64,000 nucleotides of DNA from Thermoleophilia bacterium. GTDB lineage: Bacteria; Actinomycetota; Thermoleophilia; Solirubrobacterales; 70-9. The notes beneath the pieces were generated by a model that saw only the letters and a list, made by a program, of their open reading frames with translations, ran no database searches and was not told the origin of the DNA. The stretch's first letter is position 1; the number at the start of each line of letters is the position of its first letter. A program made the position numbers and the translations under genes. The stretch lies in contig JAENWT010000007.1 in assembly GCA_016650125.1 (NCBI GenBank), positions 32,297 to 96,296 of the forward strand. Reading direction: 5' to 3'. Positions 42,550-51,455 of this stretch are shown piece after piece.

Positions 42550-44847
42550 TCAGGCCACTTCGAGCAGCTTGATGATCCGCTCCATGAGCCCGTCGTCGAG
42601 TGCCTGATTCCAGTCGCTCGCCCAGGCGACGTCGGCCGCTGCGGCCCTTCCGGCGAAATCTCCGATCCGGCCGACCGCTTCGGTCAACCCGGCACTGATG
42701 CTGGCGGTGTCCGGCGGGACCGCGATCAGGTTGCCGGAGATCGCAGCCATCTTCTCCGGGGTCTTCGAGGTGCCGTAGGTGGTGGTGACCACGATCATTC
42801 CGGCCGAGGCCATCTCGATCGGGACCAGGCTCGGGTGAGGTGCGTCCATCAGCGCGAGGCCGAGGTCGTGCCCGGCCAGCAGGCGGGCGTAAGAGTCCTG
42901 GTCGGTCCGGGGCACGAGTTCGAGTACCTGGCCGCCGCCGAGGTCGATCGCCTCGCTGCTGCGGGTCGAGCCGATCCCGTGGAAGCTCCATTCCTCGCCG
43001 AAGGCGCCCTCGCTGATTGCCTGGCGAAGTGCTCCGATACCGACGTCGTAGAGGTTGCGCGCCGCGTGCTGCTCCGGCCGGCCGTAAAAGATGAGGCTCG
43101 GATTTGACCGCTTCGCCAGGGCCTCCGGATCGGGTGCTGCAACCGGGGTGATCGCGTTGCCGAAGTAGAGCGAATGCCGGTCTCCCTCTTCCAAGCCGGC
43201 CCTATAGACACCGATCTGGTTGTCGGCGAAGTAATCCCGCAGGATCGAGGTCGAGAACAGCGCGCCGTGCTCGAACCCGTAGGACTCCTCCGCGAGATCG
43301 GCCCAGGCACCCGGCGGCACGGTCAGCGGTTCGTACTCCTGGATCATGTAGAGGAAGCGCCGGTTGCCGCTCTGCGAAGCCAGTCGTGAGGCGATGTGGG
43401 CAGTCCACCAGGTGGTCGCGATGAAGCGGTCGTCGGGGCTGAGCCGGAGCGGCTCCCTGCCATCTCGGCCGAAGTCGACTTCAACCTGGTCAAAGAGCCC
43501 GTCGAGCTGGCGATACGACTCGACCTGGTCGCGCCAGTCCTTCGGCAGGGGCGGGGTTGGATCGACCGTGACGATCCTCGTGCGGATGCCCTGCTCGGCC
43601 AGGCGGCGGGCGAGCGAGAACTTGGCGATGTATCCACCGAAGAGGTGATCGAGGTCGATCGATGGGATCAACAGGTTGACCCGCTGGGGCTGGGTGGCCG
43701 AAACGACCGGGAAGAGCGGCGCGACCTTCTGGCGCATCTGGGCGGTCACTTCGGTCTCGGCCTTGAGCTCGCCACTGCCGGCAACCTGGGTCACTCCGCC
43801 GGGAAGCCGGCGCTTGACCGCCATCAGGTGGCGGTAGAGGATGCCACGAACCAGCACCCGTTCCATGCCGAGGGTCTCGTTGTGGCCGAAAAGGCGACGG
43901 AACGGTCGCAGCGCCAGCCAGAACATCCCGCTGAGCTTGCGGTCGCTCGAAGCGAAGCGGGCGAGTGCCCGGCGCTTCTTCTCCGGCATGTCCGTACGGC
44001 AGCGCTCGAGCACGATCTGGGCGAGGCCCTTCAGCCGCAGGAAGACGTCGAAGTAGGCCGACCCCCAGCCACCGAGGATCTCCCGCCAGCGGCGCGGGTC
44101 GAGCCGCTGCCAGCCGGCACTCATCAGGCCGGCGTTGGCCGCGTCGTGTCCGAGTACGGCACCACCGTGCTGCACGTAGTCGTAGAGCGGCCGGTCGACG
44201 TAGACGAGGTCACCGATGGAGATCGCGACCATTGCCAGCCAGTGGTCGTGGTACTGCTCGCCCGGAACCTCGGGGAAGGGCAGGGCCCTGTCGGCGACGG
44301 CGCGGGTGAACATCGAGGCGGCCCCGGTGACCGTGTTCGCGACCAGCAACGAAGTCAGGTTGGTGAAGTTGTTTTCACGACTTGTCCAGTAGGTCTCTGC
44401 GATCACGCGGCCCGAGGCGTCGACCAGGCGCTGGTCGCTGTAGACCAGCTCGGCGTCGCCCAGCGCCGCTTCAAGTGAGGCAAGTTTGTCTTCGTACCAG
44501 CGGTCGTCCTGGTCGCTCAGCGCGATCAGCCCGTATTCGCGCGGCGCCATCTCGATCGCCCTTTCGAAGTTCCGGTAGAAACCGAGGTTGGCCGAGGAGG
44601 TCGAGAGGGTGAAGCGCTCGTCGCCGTCGAGCACGGCGTCGATCTCGGCCAGGCGCTCCGGGCTGGAACCGTCATCGCTGATGAAACACTGCCACTCGGC
44701 CTCGCTCTGATTCCTGATCGAATCGATCTGTACCTGGAACAGCTCCCGGTCCGGGTTATAGGTGGCCATACAGACGGCGATCACTGCGGGAACACTATTC
44801 TGGCCGGGGAGCAGCCGTATGTGGAACGACAAAACAGTCTCAGTCAT
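42550..44847 (-). CDS. two-domain glycosyltransferase (N-terminal GT2, C-terminal GT-B / WsaF-like)
   Basis: 765 aa. GT2 part: VCMATYNPDREL, FISDDGSS, SDQDDRW. C-terminal part: VNLLIPSIDLDHLFGGYIAKFSLA and PSLVPIEMASAGMIVV. Start uncertain (44847, 44784 or 44769). Confidence 0.75.
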   Translation of the reverse strand: MTETVLSFHIRLLPGQNSVPAVIAVCMATYNPDRELFQVQIDSIRNQSEAEWQCFISDDGSSPERLAEIDAVLDGDERFTLSTSSANLGFYRNFERAIEMAPREYGLIALSDQDDRWYEDKLASLEAALGDAELVYSDQRLVDASGRVIAETYWTSRENNFTNLTSLLVANTVTGAASMFTRAVADRALPFPEVPGEQYHDHWLAMVAISIGDLVYVDRPLYDYVQHGGAVLGHDAANAGLMSAGWQRLDPRRWREILGGWGSAYFDVFLRLKGLAQIVLERCRTDMPEKKRRALARFASSDRKLSGMFWLALRPFRRLFGHNETLGMERVLVRGILYRHLMAVKRRLPGGVTQVAGSGELKAETEVTAQMRQKVAPLFPVVSATQPQRVNLLIPSIDLDHLFGGYIAKFSLARRLAEQGIRTRIVTVDPTPPLPKDWRDQVESYRQLDGLFDQVEVDFGRDGREPLRLSPDDRFIATTWWTAHIASRLASQSGNRRFLYMIQEYEPLTVPPGAWADLAEESYGFEHGALFSTSILRDYFADNQIGVYRAGLEEGDRHSLYFGNAITPVAAPDPEALAKRSNPSLIFYGRPEQHAARNLYDVGIGALRQAISEGAFGEEWSFHGIGSTRSSEAIDLGGGQVLELVPRTDQDSYARLLAGHDLGLALMDAPHPSLVPIEMASAGMIVVTTTYGTSKTPEKMAAISGNLIAVPPDTASISAGLTEAVGRIGDFAGRAAAADVAWASDWNQALDDGLMERIIKLLEVA

Positions 44848-45535
44848 CTTGATGACCTACGCCGAACGTGACTCGATCCGCAAGGTGATCGAGGATTTCC
44901 TCGCGACCGGAGTCGTCGACGAGGTGCTGGTCGTGAACAACAACGCCGAGGACGGCACCTCGGAGGAAGTCTCGAAGACCGGCGCCCGGGAAGTCATCGA
45001 GGCCAGCCAGGGCTACGGCCACGCGATCCGCCGCGGGCTAACCGATGCGACCGGCGACCTGGTCGTCCTGGCCGAGCCCGACGGAACCTTCCTCGGGCGC
45101 GACATCGTCAAGCTGCTCTCCTACAGCGAGGAATGCGACGTCGTCCTCGGCACCCGCACGACCAACGAACTGATCTGGGAGGGAGCCAACATGGGCGCCT
45201 TCTTGAAGTGGGGCAACTGGGCCGTGGCGAAGATGGTCGAGGCGATCTTCAACACCAGCCACCTCAGCGACATCGGCTGCACCTACCGCCTGGTGACCAG
45301 CGACATGGCCGAGTTCCTCGCGGCGAACATGAAGGTCGGATCGAGCCACGCCGGCCCGGAGATGCTGATGCTGACGATCGTCTCCGGCGCGAAGTTCGTC
45401 GAGGTTCCGGTCAACTACCTGCCGCGAGTCGGCAAGTCATCGGTCACCGGAGACCTCGGAACCGCCTTCCTCCTCGGCCTGCGGATGATCAAGCTGATCC
45501 TCGGCTTCCGCCTCCGCGCCCACCGAATCGGCTGA
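44819..45535 (+). CDS. GT2 polyprenyl-phosphate sugar synthase-like (Dpm1 type)
   Basis: 238 aa from the internal ATG (MWNDKTVSVILMTYAERDSI). VVNNNAEDGT and EPDGTF motifs. Confidence 0.75.
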   Translation: MWNDKTVSVILMTYAERDSIRKVIEDFLATGVVDEVLVVNNNAEDGTSEEVSKTGAREVIEASQGYGHAIRRGLTDATGDLVVLAEPDGTFLGRDIVKLLSYSEECDVVLGTRTTNELIWEGANMGAFLKWGNWAVAKMVEAIFNTSHLSDIGCTYRLVTSDMAEFLAANMKVGSSHAGPEMLMLTIVSGAKFVEVPVNYLPRVGKSSVTGDLGTAFLLGLRMIKLILGFRLRAHRIG

Positions 45536-47080
45536 CTGGTAGTCCGGGGTTCGGCTGATCTCGTAGACGTTGAGGTCAGCCAGGCCGGGGTAGGACTCGA
45601 CCGAATCCACCCTCCAGTCCTTCGGCAACTCGATGTTCCCGCCTTCCAGGTACTTGCCGTCGCCTGATTTGCCGACGGTCACTTCCGCCCTCGGACCGAC
45701 GATGAAGACTCGCCCTGTCTCGCCTGCTGCCAGCGCCTTGTTCAGGAAGAGATCCTGGTCCGGGATCGGGGTGAGAGGCAGGAAGGGCGGCTCGCCGGCC
45801 GGCTGGTTCAACGAGAAGACCTGGGCGTCGTCATCGAGGTACGAACCGAGCGGGGTCAGCGGCACCGGTGTAATCGGAGCAGTAATCAGGTCGACGACCG
45901 GGTCGTTCGTTTCCCGGACCTGGTCGATCCTCTCAGCGGCTGCCTTGTAGTCGGGTTTGGCCGACGAGTCTTCCAGGGTCTTGACCGTGCCGACCAGGAA
46001 GGCGCCGAATACGACTACGCCGCAGACGCCGCCGCAGACCGGTCCTGCCGCAGTTAATACGGCTCCGATCGCCAGCAGGAGGCCGGGGGTCGAGGCAGCA
46101 AGGTTTCGTGAGCCGAACAGATCGGTGCCGGTGAGGCCGTAAAGCGCCTCGGCCACCGGAGTCGCGAGCGCGAGCGCGATGACGAGGATCACCATCTTGT
46201 GTTCCCCGAGCCAGACCCTGACTTCGACTTTCTCCCGACAGGTCCGGACCAGGGACGCAACCGCGGCCACGGCCAGCGCCAGGACTACCGCGACGACTGC
46301 GGCGCGACCGGGCACTTGCGACGGGTCCAGAAGTGGATGCCCGAAAGCCCATTGTTCAACGGCGAGCCGCTTGGTCTCGAACCCGTCCCCCTGAAGGCTC
46401 GCCAGCAGGTCGGTCGTCGGAGAATCTGAATCGCGAAAGAAAGAAGGCACCCAGGGCAGGAACAGGAGGGCGGCTCCGACGTTTGCGATCAGGGCCTGCT
46501 TCCGAACTCCGGGCTCCGCCCAGAGCAGCCATATGAACTGGGCCAGCAGGACGAACAGTGCTGTGTAGTGGGAATACATCGCGAGGCAGGAGAACAGCGC
46601 GTAAGCCACCCACCAGAGATTCCTCCCGCCCCGGACCGCGGCAAGCATCGACAGGGTCGAAGCGATGAGCAGGGTGATCATCAACGCATAGGCCCGTCCG
46701 GTTCCGGCGAAGAAGATCATGAACGGGCTCAGGGTCATCAGGGCTGCCGCGATCAGCCCCGGGACTCGACCGACCGTGCGCAGGCCGAGCACATAGACGA
46801 GCGGGATGCCGGCGGTGCCCGCAATCAGTGCCGGCAAACGAACCAGGTCCGGGTTGGACCCGAGCCGCGTCGTGAACCAGGCGAGCAGGAAGTAAAGCGG
46901 TGGGGTGATCTCGGCGTCGCTGTTGACGACCCTTACGGTGTCGAAGAGTCCGTTGTTCCGGACCACCCAGAGAGTGGACATTTCGTCCCCGAGCAGCGAT
47001 CCGCCGTACTGGTGAAGCCTGAGGGCGAAAGCGATGAGGGTCAGCACCCCGACCAGTAAGAGAGGCCAGCGTGCCTTCAA
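45437..47080 (-). CDS. GT39/ArnT-like (GT-C) glycosyltransferase
   Basis: 547 aa. LLGDEMSTLWVV first-loop motif, ITPPLYFLLAW, about 11 TM helices and a C-terminal soluble domain. The last ~33 codons overlap the convergent GT2 gene. Confidence 0.75.
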   Translation of the reverse strand: MKARWPLLLVGVLTLIAFALRLHQYGGSLLGDEMSTLWVVRNNGLFDTVRVVNSDAEITPPLYFLLAWFTTRLGSNPDLVRLPALIAGTAGIPLVYVLGLRTVGRVPGLIAAALMTLSPFMIFFAGTGRAYALMITLLIASTLSMLAAVRGGRNLWWVAYALFSCLAMYSHYTALFVLLAQFIWLLWAEPGVRKQALIANVGAALLFLPWVPSFFRDSDSPTTDLLASLQGDGFETKRLAVEQWAFGHPLLDPSQVPGRAAVVAVVLALAVAAVASLVRTCREKVEVRVWLGEHKMVILVIALALATPVAEALYGLTGTDLFGSRNLAASTPGLLLAIGAVLTAAGPVCGGVCGVVVFGAFLVGTVKTLEDSSAKPDYKAAAERIDQVRETNDPVVDLITAPITPVPLTPLGSYLDDDAQVFSLNQPAGEPPFLPLTPIPDQDLFLNKALAAGETGRVFIVGPRAEVTVGKSGDGKYLEGGNIELPKDWRVDSVESYPGLADLNVYEISRTPDYQSADSVGAEAEAEDQLDHPQAEEEGGSEVSGDR

Positions 47081-47090
47081 GACGATCTCC

Positions 47091-48089
47091 TCAGGCGGCG
47101 AGTGGCGTGTAGATCTCTGGGAAGGCCGAGGGACCGAAGAACCAGCTCTCGATTGCGTAGCGCGGCTTGGGCATGCTCGGGTCGGACCCGGTCTGGTGAA
47201 GGAAGAGGTCGTCGAAGAGCAGGGCGTCGCCCGGGTTGAAAATGGGGCGGGTGATGCCGATCTCGCCGGCAGCTTCCACGGCTACGGCATCGGAAACCTG
47301 GGTCTCGAGCCATGTTCCTTCGGTGCCGGTCGCTACGAAGTCGTCGAGACGGGTCGGGACCAGGTCCATGCCAGGCGCCTCGTCGCCGCAGCGCGAGAGC
47401 GAGAGCCAGACGTTCATGGCCCGCACATCACCCATGAAGCGGCCGTCCTGATGCCAGGCACCGGTCACGTCGGGAGTTGCCTTCCGCAGCGTGCACTTCT
47501 CGGCCGAGATCAATGGAGGTTCGCCGAGGTAACCCTCGATCACGCCGGGCAGCGCGGCTCGGTCGAAGGCGTCAAGCATGTCGACCAGAAGCTTGGGCGA
47601 ATCGGCCGCGAAGACGCCTCCGCCCTGCTCGACCCAGTCCCGCTTCTCCACCTCGTAAGGAGACTCGGGGACCAGTTCGTCGTAGAAGCCGTCCTTGTCC
47701 CGGCCGCCGTTCTCGCGCAAGCTGATCCGGGTGGTAAAAGCCTGCTCGATGCCATCGGCCATCTCCAGTGCCTCCTCGTCCGGAACCAGGTCACGGATCA
47801 GCAGGCAACCGGCCTCGAGGATCGCGGCACGGAGCAGCTCGGGAGTGAGCTCGTCCGGGGTGATCTCCGGGCACCTGGACTGCGCGCCGCGGGCAGGCGA
47901 GGTGGCGGCGGGCTCAGCCAGGTCGGGGCGCGGCGACGGTGAATTGGCCGCTTCAACGCCAGCCAGGTGCCGAAACTTGCGAATCTCCCGGTCACGCTTG
48001 GCGCTACGCGAAACCCGGTTGGCCTCATTCAGCTCGGCGATGCGGGCGGTGTAATCAACCTTCGGCTTGCGGCGAGAGAAGACACCCAT
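47091..48089 (-). CDS. PhyH-family Fe(II)/2-oxoglutarate dioxygenase, copy 1
   Basis: 332 aa. HxD in GAWHQDG, distal His in DDLFLHQTG and Arg in KPRYAIESWFF. Tandem paralog of the next gene. Confidence 0.7.
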   Translation of the reverse strand: MGVFSRRKPKVDYTARIAELNEANRVSRSAKRDREIRKFRHLAGVEAANSPSPRPDLAEPAATSPARGAQSRCPEITPDELTPELLRAAILEAGCLLIRDLVPDEEALEMADGIEQAFTTRISLRENGGRDKDGFYDELVPESPYEVEKRDWVEQGGGVFAADSPKLLVDMLDAFDRAALPGVIEGYLGEPPLISAEKCTLRKATPDVTGAWHQDGRFMGDVRAMNVWLSLSRCGDEAPGMDLVPTRLDDFVATGTEGTWLETQVSDAVAVEAAGEIGITRPIFNPGDALLFDDLFLHQTGSDPSMPKPRYAIESWFFGPSAFPEIYTPLAA

Positions 48090-49147
48090 CAGAAGGCGAT
48101 CGGTACGTAGTTTTCGGGGTAGGACGAGGGACCGAAGAACCAGCTCTCGATCGCGTAACGCGGGTTCGGCATGCTCGGGTCCGAACCGGTCTGGTGCATG
48201 AAGAGGTCATCGAAGAGCAGGGCATCACCCGGGTTGAAGATCGGGCGGACGATCCCGGTCTCACCGGCGGCCTTCTCGACGTTCTCCTGCGAGTTCATGA
48301 AGTCGAGGAAGGCACCCTCACCACCGGTGGGGACGAGTTCGTTCAGCCGCCTGGGGACGACGTCCATGCTGGGGGCGATATCGCCGCAGCGGGAGAGCGT
48401 GAGCCAGACATTGAGGGCTCTGGATTCCCCCATGAAGCGGCCGTCCTGATGCCAGCCGCCCGCAATTTCGGGGAGGGCCTTGCGCAGGGTGCACTTCTGG
48501 GCGGAGATGGCCGGCTTCTCGCCAAGGTATCCCTCAATCACGTTGCGGAGGTTGGCCTGCTCGAATGCGTCAAGCATGTCGAAGAGCATGCGGGGCGAGT
48601 CGGCCGCCAGAACGCCTCCGCCCTCCTCGACCCAGTCCCGCTCGGGGATGCGGAAGGGCGACTCCGGCTCCATTTCGTTGTAGTAGCCGTCGGGGTCGCT
48701 CTCGCCTTCGTCGAGCTCGTCCCGGATCTCGAAGCTGCGGTCGATGTCAGCGGCCATTTGGAGTGCCCTGTCGTGGTCCATCAGGCCGCGGACCAGGAGA
48801 CATCCGGCCTCGAGGATGGAGGCCCTGAGGATCTCGGGAGTGAGCTCGTCGGGGGTTACTTCGGGGCAGCGCGACTGCTCGCCGCGGTCAGGGACCTCGG
48901 CGGCAGGTGTCGGGTACTGCGGGTCCTTCGGCGCGTTCTCGATCAGCTCGATGCCGGCGAGGTGACGCACGTGGCGGAGTTCACGCTCGATCTGGGGATC
49001 GCGCTCGGCCCGGTTGGCCTCGGTCAGGAGGTCAACGGCTTCGAAGAGCTTGCCCTCGCCTGCCAGTCGGTCGGCTTCCAGCGACTCCGGGCGGCGTTCG
49101 ATGACCGCGGTCTCGGATCGACGATTCTTGCGTGAACGGAAGAGCAA
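48089..49147 (-). CDS. PhyH-family Fe(II)/2-oxoglutarate dioxygenase, copy 2
   Basis: 352 aa with the same facial-triad residues (GGWHQDG, DDLFMHQTG, NPRYAIESWFF). Its stop overlaps the copy 1 start. The 3' thirds of the two genes are roughly 85% identical at DNA level by eye. Confidence 0.7.
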   Translation of the reverse strand: MLFRSRKNRRSETAVIERRPESLEADRLAGEGKLFEAVDLLTEANRAERDPQIERELRHVRHLAGIELIENAPKDPQYPTPAAEVPDRGEQSRCPEVTPDELTPEILRASILEAGCLLVRGLMDHDRALQMAADIDRSFEIRDELDEGESDPDGYYNEMEPESPFRIPERDWVEEGGGVLAADSPRMLFDMLDAFEQANLRNVIEGYLGEKPAISAQKCTLRKALPEIAGGWHQDGRFMGESRALNVWLTLSRCGDIAPSMDVVPRRLNELVPTGGEGAFLDFMNSQENVEKAAGETGIVRPIFNPGDALLFDDLFMHQTGSDPSMPNPRYAIESWFFGPSSYPENYVPIAF

Positions 49148-49214
49148 TTCAGTACCTGCCTTGGTGGGTTTGTGGGCTGCTGAACCCGGTGACTGCCGGG
49201 AACGCTAGCACTAC

Positions 49215-49835
49215 CTATTTATTTCCGACTGGTTTGGCGGGAATACCGACGACGGTTACTCCTTCGGCCACATCCTTGGTCACCATTGCCTGCGAGGCGA
49301 TCACCGCGTCGTCGCCGACCGTGAACTGGCCGAGCAGCTTGGCGCCGGATCCGATGAAGACCCGGTGACCGATGGTCGGACCGTAGACATTTCCGGCCTG
49401 GAGTCCGATCGAAACCCAGGGGGCGATCACACATCCGGTCTTGATCTCGACCACACCGTCGATCACGACCTGCCCGTGCGCGATGTAGATCCCGGGGTGC
49501 ATGTGGACCAGGTCGCCGATCGAAACCTGCGCGGTCATCATCGAGATCTTATGGAGGATGCGTGGCAGAATCGGGATGCCCCGGCCCTTGAGGCTCATGC
49601 GAGCCCGGTAGCAGGCCTGTGCGAAGAAGGCATCGCTGACCCACATCAAACGAAGTGCGCGGTAGGCCACGTACCAGCCGGAGGCCTCCCTCGTATCGAA
49701 GAATTCACCCCGATGAAAAGAGGCGACGTGCGTGTCCTCGGAAACAGCGTGGAGGAATCCCGGTTGACGGCCAAGCAATTCCCGCACTTGCCCCTTCATT
49801 TCCTTGAGCTTGGCTCGGGCCTCCGGGTTAGCCAT
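49215..49835 (-). CDS. hexapeptide-repeat (LbH) O-acetyltransferase, CysE/WcaB-like, copy 1
   Basis: 206 aa. Left-handed beta-helix repeats (IGDLVHMHPGIYIAHGQVVIDGVVEIKTGCVIAPWVSIG...). Tandem with the next gene. Confidence 0.8.
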   Translation of the reverse strand: MANPEARAKLKEMKGQVRELLGRQPGFLHAVSEDTHVASFHRGEFFDTREASGWYVAYRALRLMWVSDAFFAQACYRARMSLKGRGIPILPRILHKISMMTAQVSIGDLVHMHPGIYIAHGQVVIDGVVEIKTGCVIAPWVSIGLQAGNVYGPTIGHRVFIGSGAKLLGQFTVGDDAVIASQAMVTKDVAEGVTVVGIPAKPVGNK

Positions 49836-50437
49836 CAGGTCCTGACCACTTTGGCAGGTATCCCGACTGCGGTCGCGCCGGCGGGAATGTCGTCGATGAC
49901 CACGGCATTGGCACCGATGAGCGCCTCGGCTCCGATCGTGATCGCCCCGACAATCTTGGCGCCAGTCCCGACATTCACAGCCATCCCGATCGTGGGACCC
50001 TGGATGTTGCCACCCCTCAGTCCGATCGTCACCCAGGGCGAAAGTACGGCACCAGACCCGACTTCAACCAGGCCGTCAAGCACCAGCTGGCCGTGGACGA
50101 GGTAGACCCCGGGGTGCATCAGTACCCCCGGGCCGATCGACACCTGGGCGTTCCTCATGCAGAACCTGTGAAGCATGCGCGGCAGGACCGGAACCCGGCG
50201 CCGCATCAGGGTCGTGCGCAGCCGGTAGGCGACGTGGGCGCCGAACGCATCGCACACCCACATGAGCCGGACCACCTGACAGAAGGTGTCCCACCGGGAG
50301 TTGAACTCACACCGCTCCCCTCGCTGCGACGCTGTAATCCGCGCGTCCTCCCTGACCGCCAGCCGAAACCCCGGGTGGCGCTCGTGAAGGGAGCGCGTGA
50401 AAGCCTTTCTCTCACTCTTGCTCGGGATCTCAGTCAT
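49835..50437 (-). CDS. hexapeptide-repeat (LbH) O-acetyltransferase, copy 2
   Basis: About 200 aa from M18 of the track ORF. That start aligns with the N-terminus of copy 1 and avoids overlap with the divergent gene. Its stop overlaps the copy 1 start. Confidence 0.75.
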   Translation of the reverse strand: MTEIPSKSERKAFTRSLHERHPGFRLAVREDARITASQRGERCEFNSRWDTFCQVVRLMWVCDAFGAHVAYRLRTTLMRRRVPVLPRMLHRFCMRNAQVSIGPGVLMHPGVYLVHGQLVLDGLVEVGSGAVLSPWVTIGLRGGNIQGPTIGMAVNVGTGAKIVGAITIGAEALIGANAVVIDDIPAGATAVGIPAKVVRT

Positions 50438-50474
50438 CGGATGGGCGGAAGCGTATAGCCTGCCCAGCGATCTG

Positions 50475-51446
50475 ATGACTCCCGACACACAAGAGACCGA
50501 CGCCCTTCAGTGGGGCTACTCCCTCGCCAATTTCGGTGAAATCATGCAGCCCTGCCTCGAAGCAGCCGGAACCACCTCGCTGCTCGAGATCGGTTCCTTC
50601 CGCGGTGAGCTGACCGAAGAACTGCTGATCTGGGCCGAGAAGAGCGGCTCATCGATCGCAACCGTGGAGCCGCTGCCGCCCGACGACCTGCTCGATCTGG
50701 TGAAACGCCGGCCCGAACTGGCCCTGATCGAGAACACCGGCGTCGGCGCCCTCGAATCGCTCGATTCCCTGCCGGACACGATCATCATCGACGGTGACCA
50801 CAACTACTACACGCTAACCCAGGAGTTGGAGAAGATCGCCGAGATCGCCGGCGACGGCCCGCTGCCTTTCCTGCTCTTCCACGACGTCTGCTGGCCGCAC
50901 GAGCGGCGAGACACCTACTACGCGCCGGACCGGATCCCCGAGGACGAGCGCCAGCCGCTCGGCCACAACTGCACGATCAGTCCGGGCAACCCCGGGCTGA
51001 GCGACGGCGGCCTCCCCTACGAATGGGCGGCCGACCACGAAGGCGGGCCAAGGAATGGCGTCCTGACGGCGATCGAGGACTTCATGGAGGGCCGATCCGG
51101 TCTCCAGCTGGCCGTAGTTCCGGTCTTCTTCGGTATGGGGCTGCTCTGGCAGACCGACGCGTCCTGGGCCGACCGGGTCGCCGGGCTGATCGCGCCCTTC
51201 GACCGCAATGCGGTCATGACCAGGGCCGAGGCGAACCGCGTCGCCCACCTCGTACGAGGCCACGTCGACGCGGCCGAGATCCGCAGGCTGAACGCGCGGC
51301 TCGCCCGTCAGGAGGAACTGCTCGCCCGCATGCTCCAGTCGAGCGCACTGGGCATGGCCGAACGCATCACGAAGGTCAGGCAGCGCGGCAATCCGATCTT
51401 CACCAGGCAGGAAATCCAGGACTTGCTCGACCGCAAGGGCGAGTAA
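50475..51446 (+). CDS. class I SAM-dependent methyltransferase (Methyltransf_24-like) with C-terminal coiled coil
   Basis: About 323 aa from the internal ATG. LLEIGSFRGELTE and IIIDGDHNYYT blocks, and a C-terminal heptad-like segment AEIRRLNARLARQEELLARML. Confidence 0.7.
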   Translation: MTPDTQETDALQWGYSLANFGEIMQPCLEAAGTTSLLEIGSFRGELTEELLIWAEKSGSSIATVEPLPPDDLLDLVKRRPELALIENTGVGALESLDSLPDTIIIDGDHNYYTLTQELEKIAEIAGDGPLPFLLFHDVCWPHERRDTYYAPDRIPEDERQPLGHNCTISPGNPGLSDGGLPYEWAADHEGGPRNGVLTAIEDFMEGRSGLQLAVVPVFFGMGLLWQTDASWADRVAGLIAPFDRNAVMTRAEANRVAHLVRGHVDAAEIRRLNARLARQEELLARMLQSSALGMAERITKVRQRGNPIFTRQEIQDLLDRKGE

Positions 51447-51455
51447 GCCCGGCGA

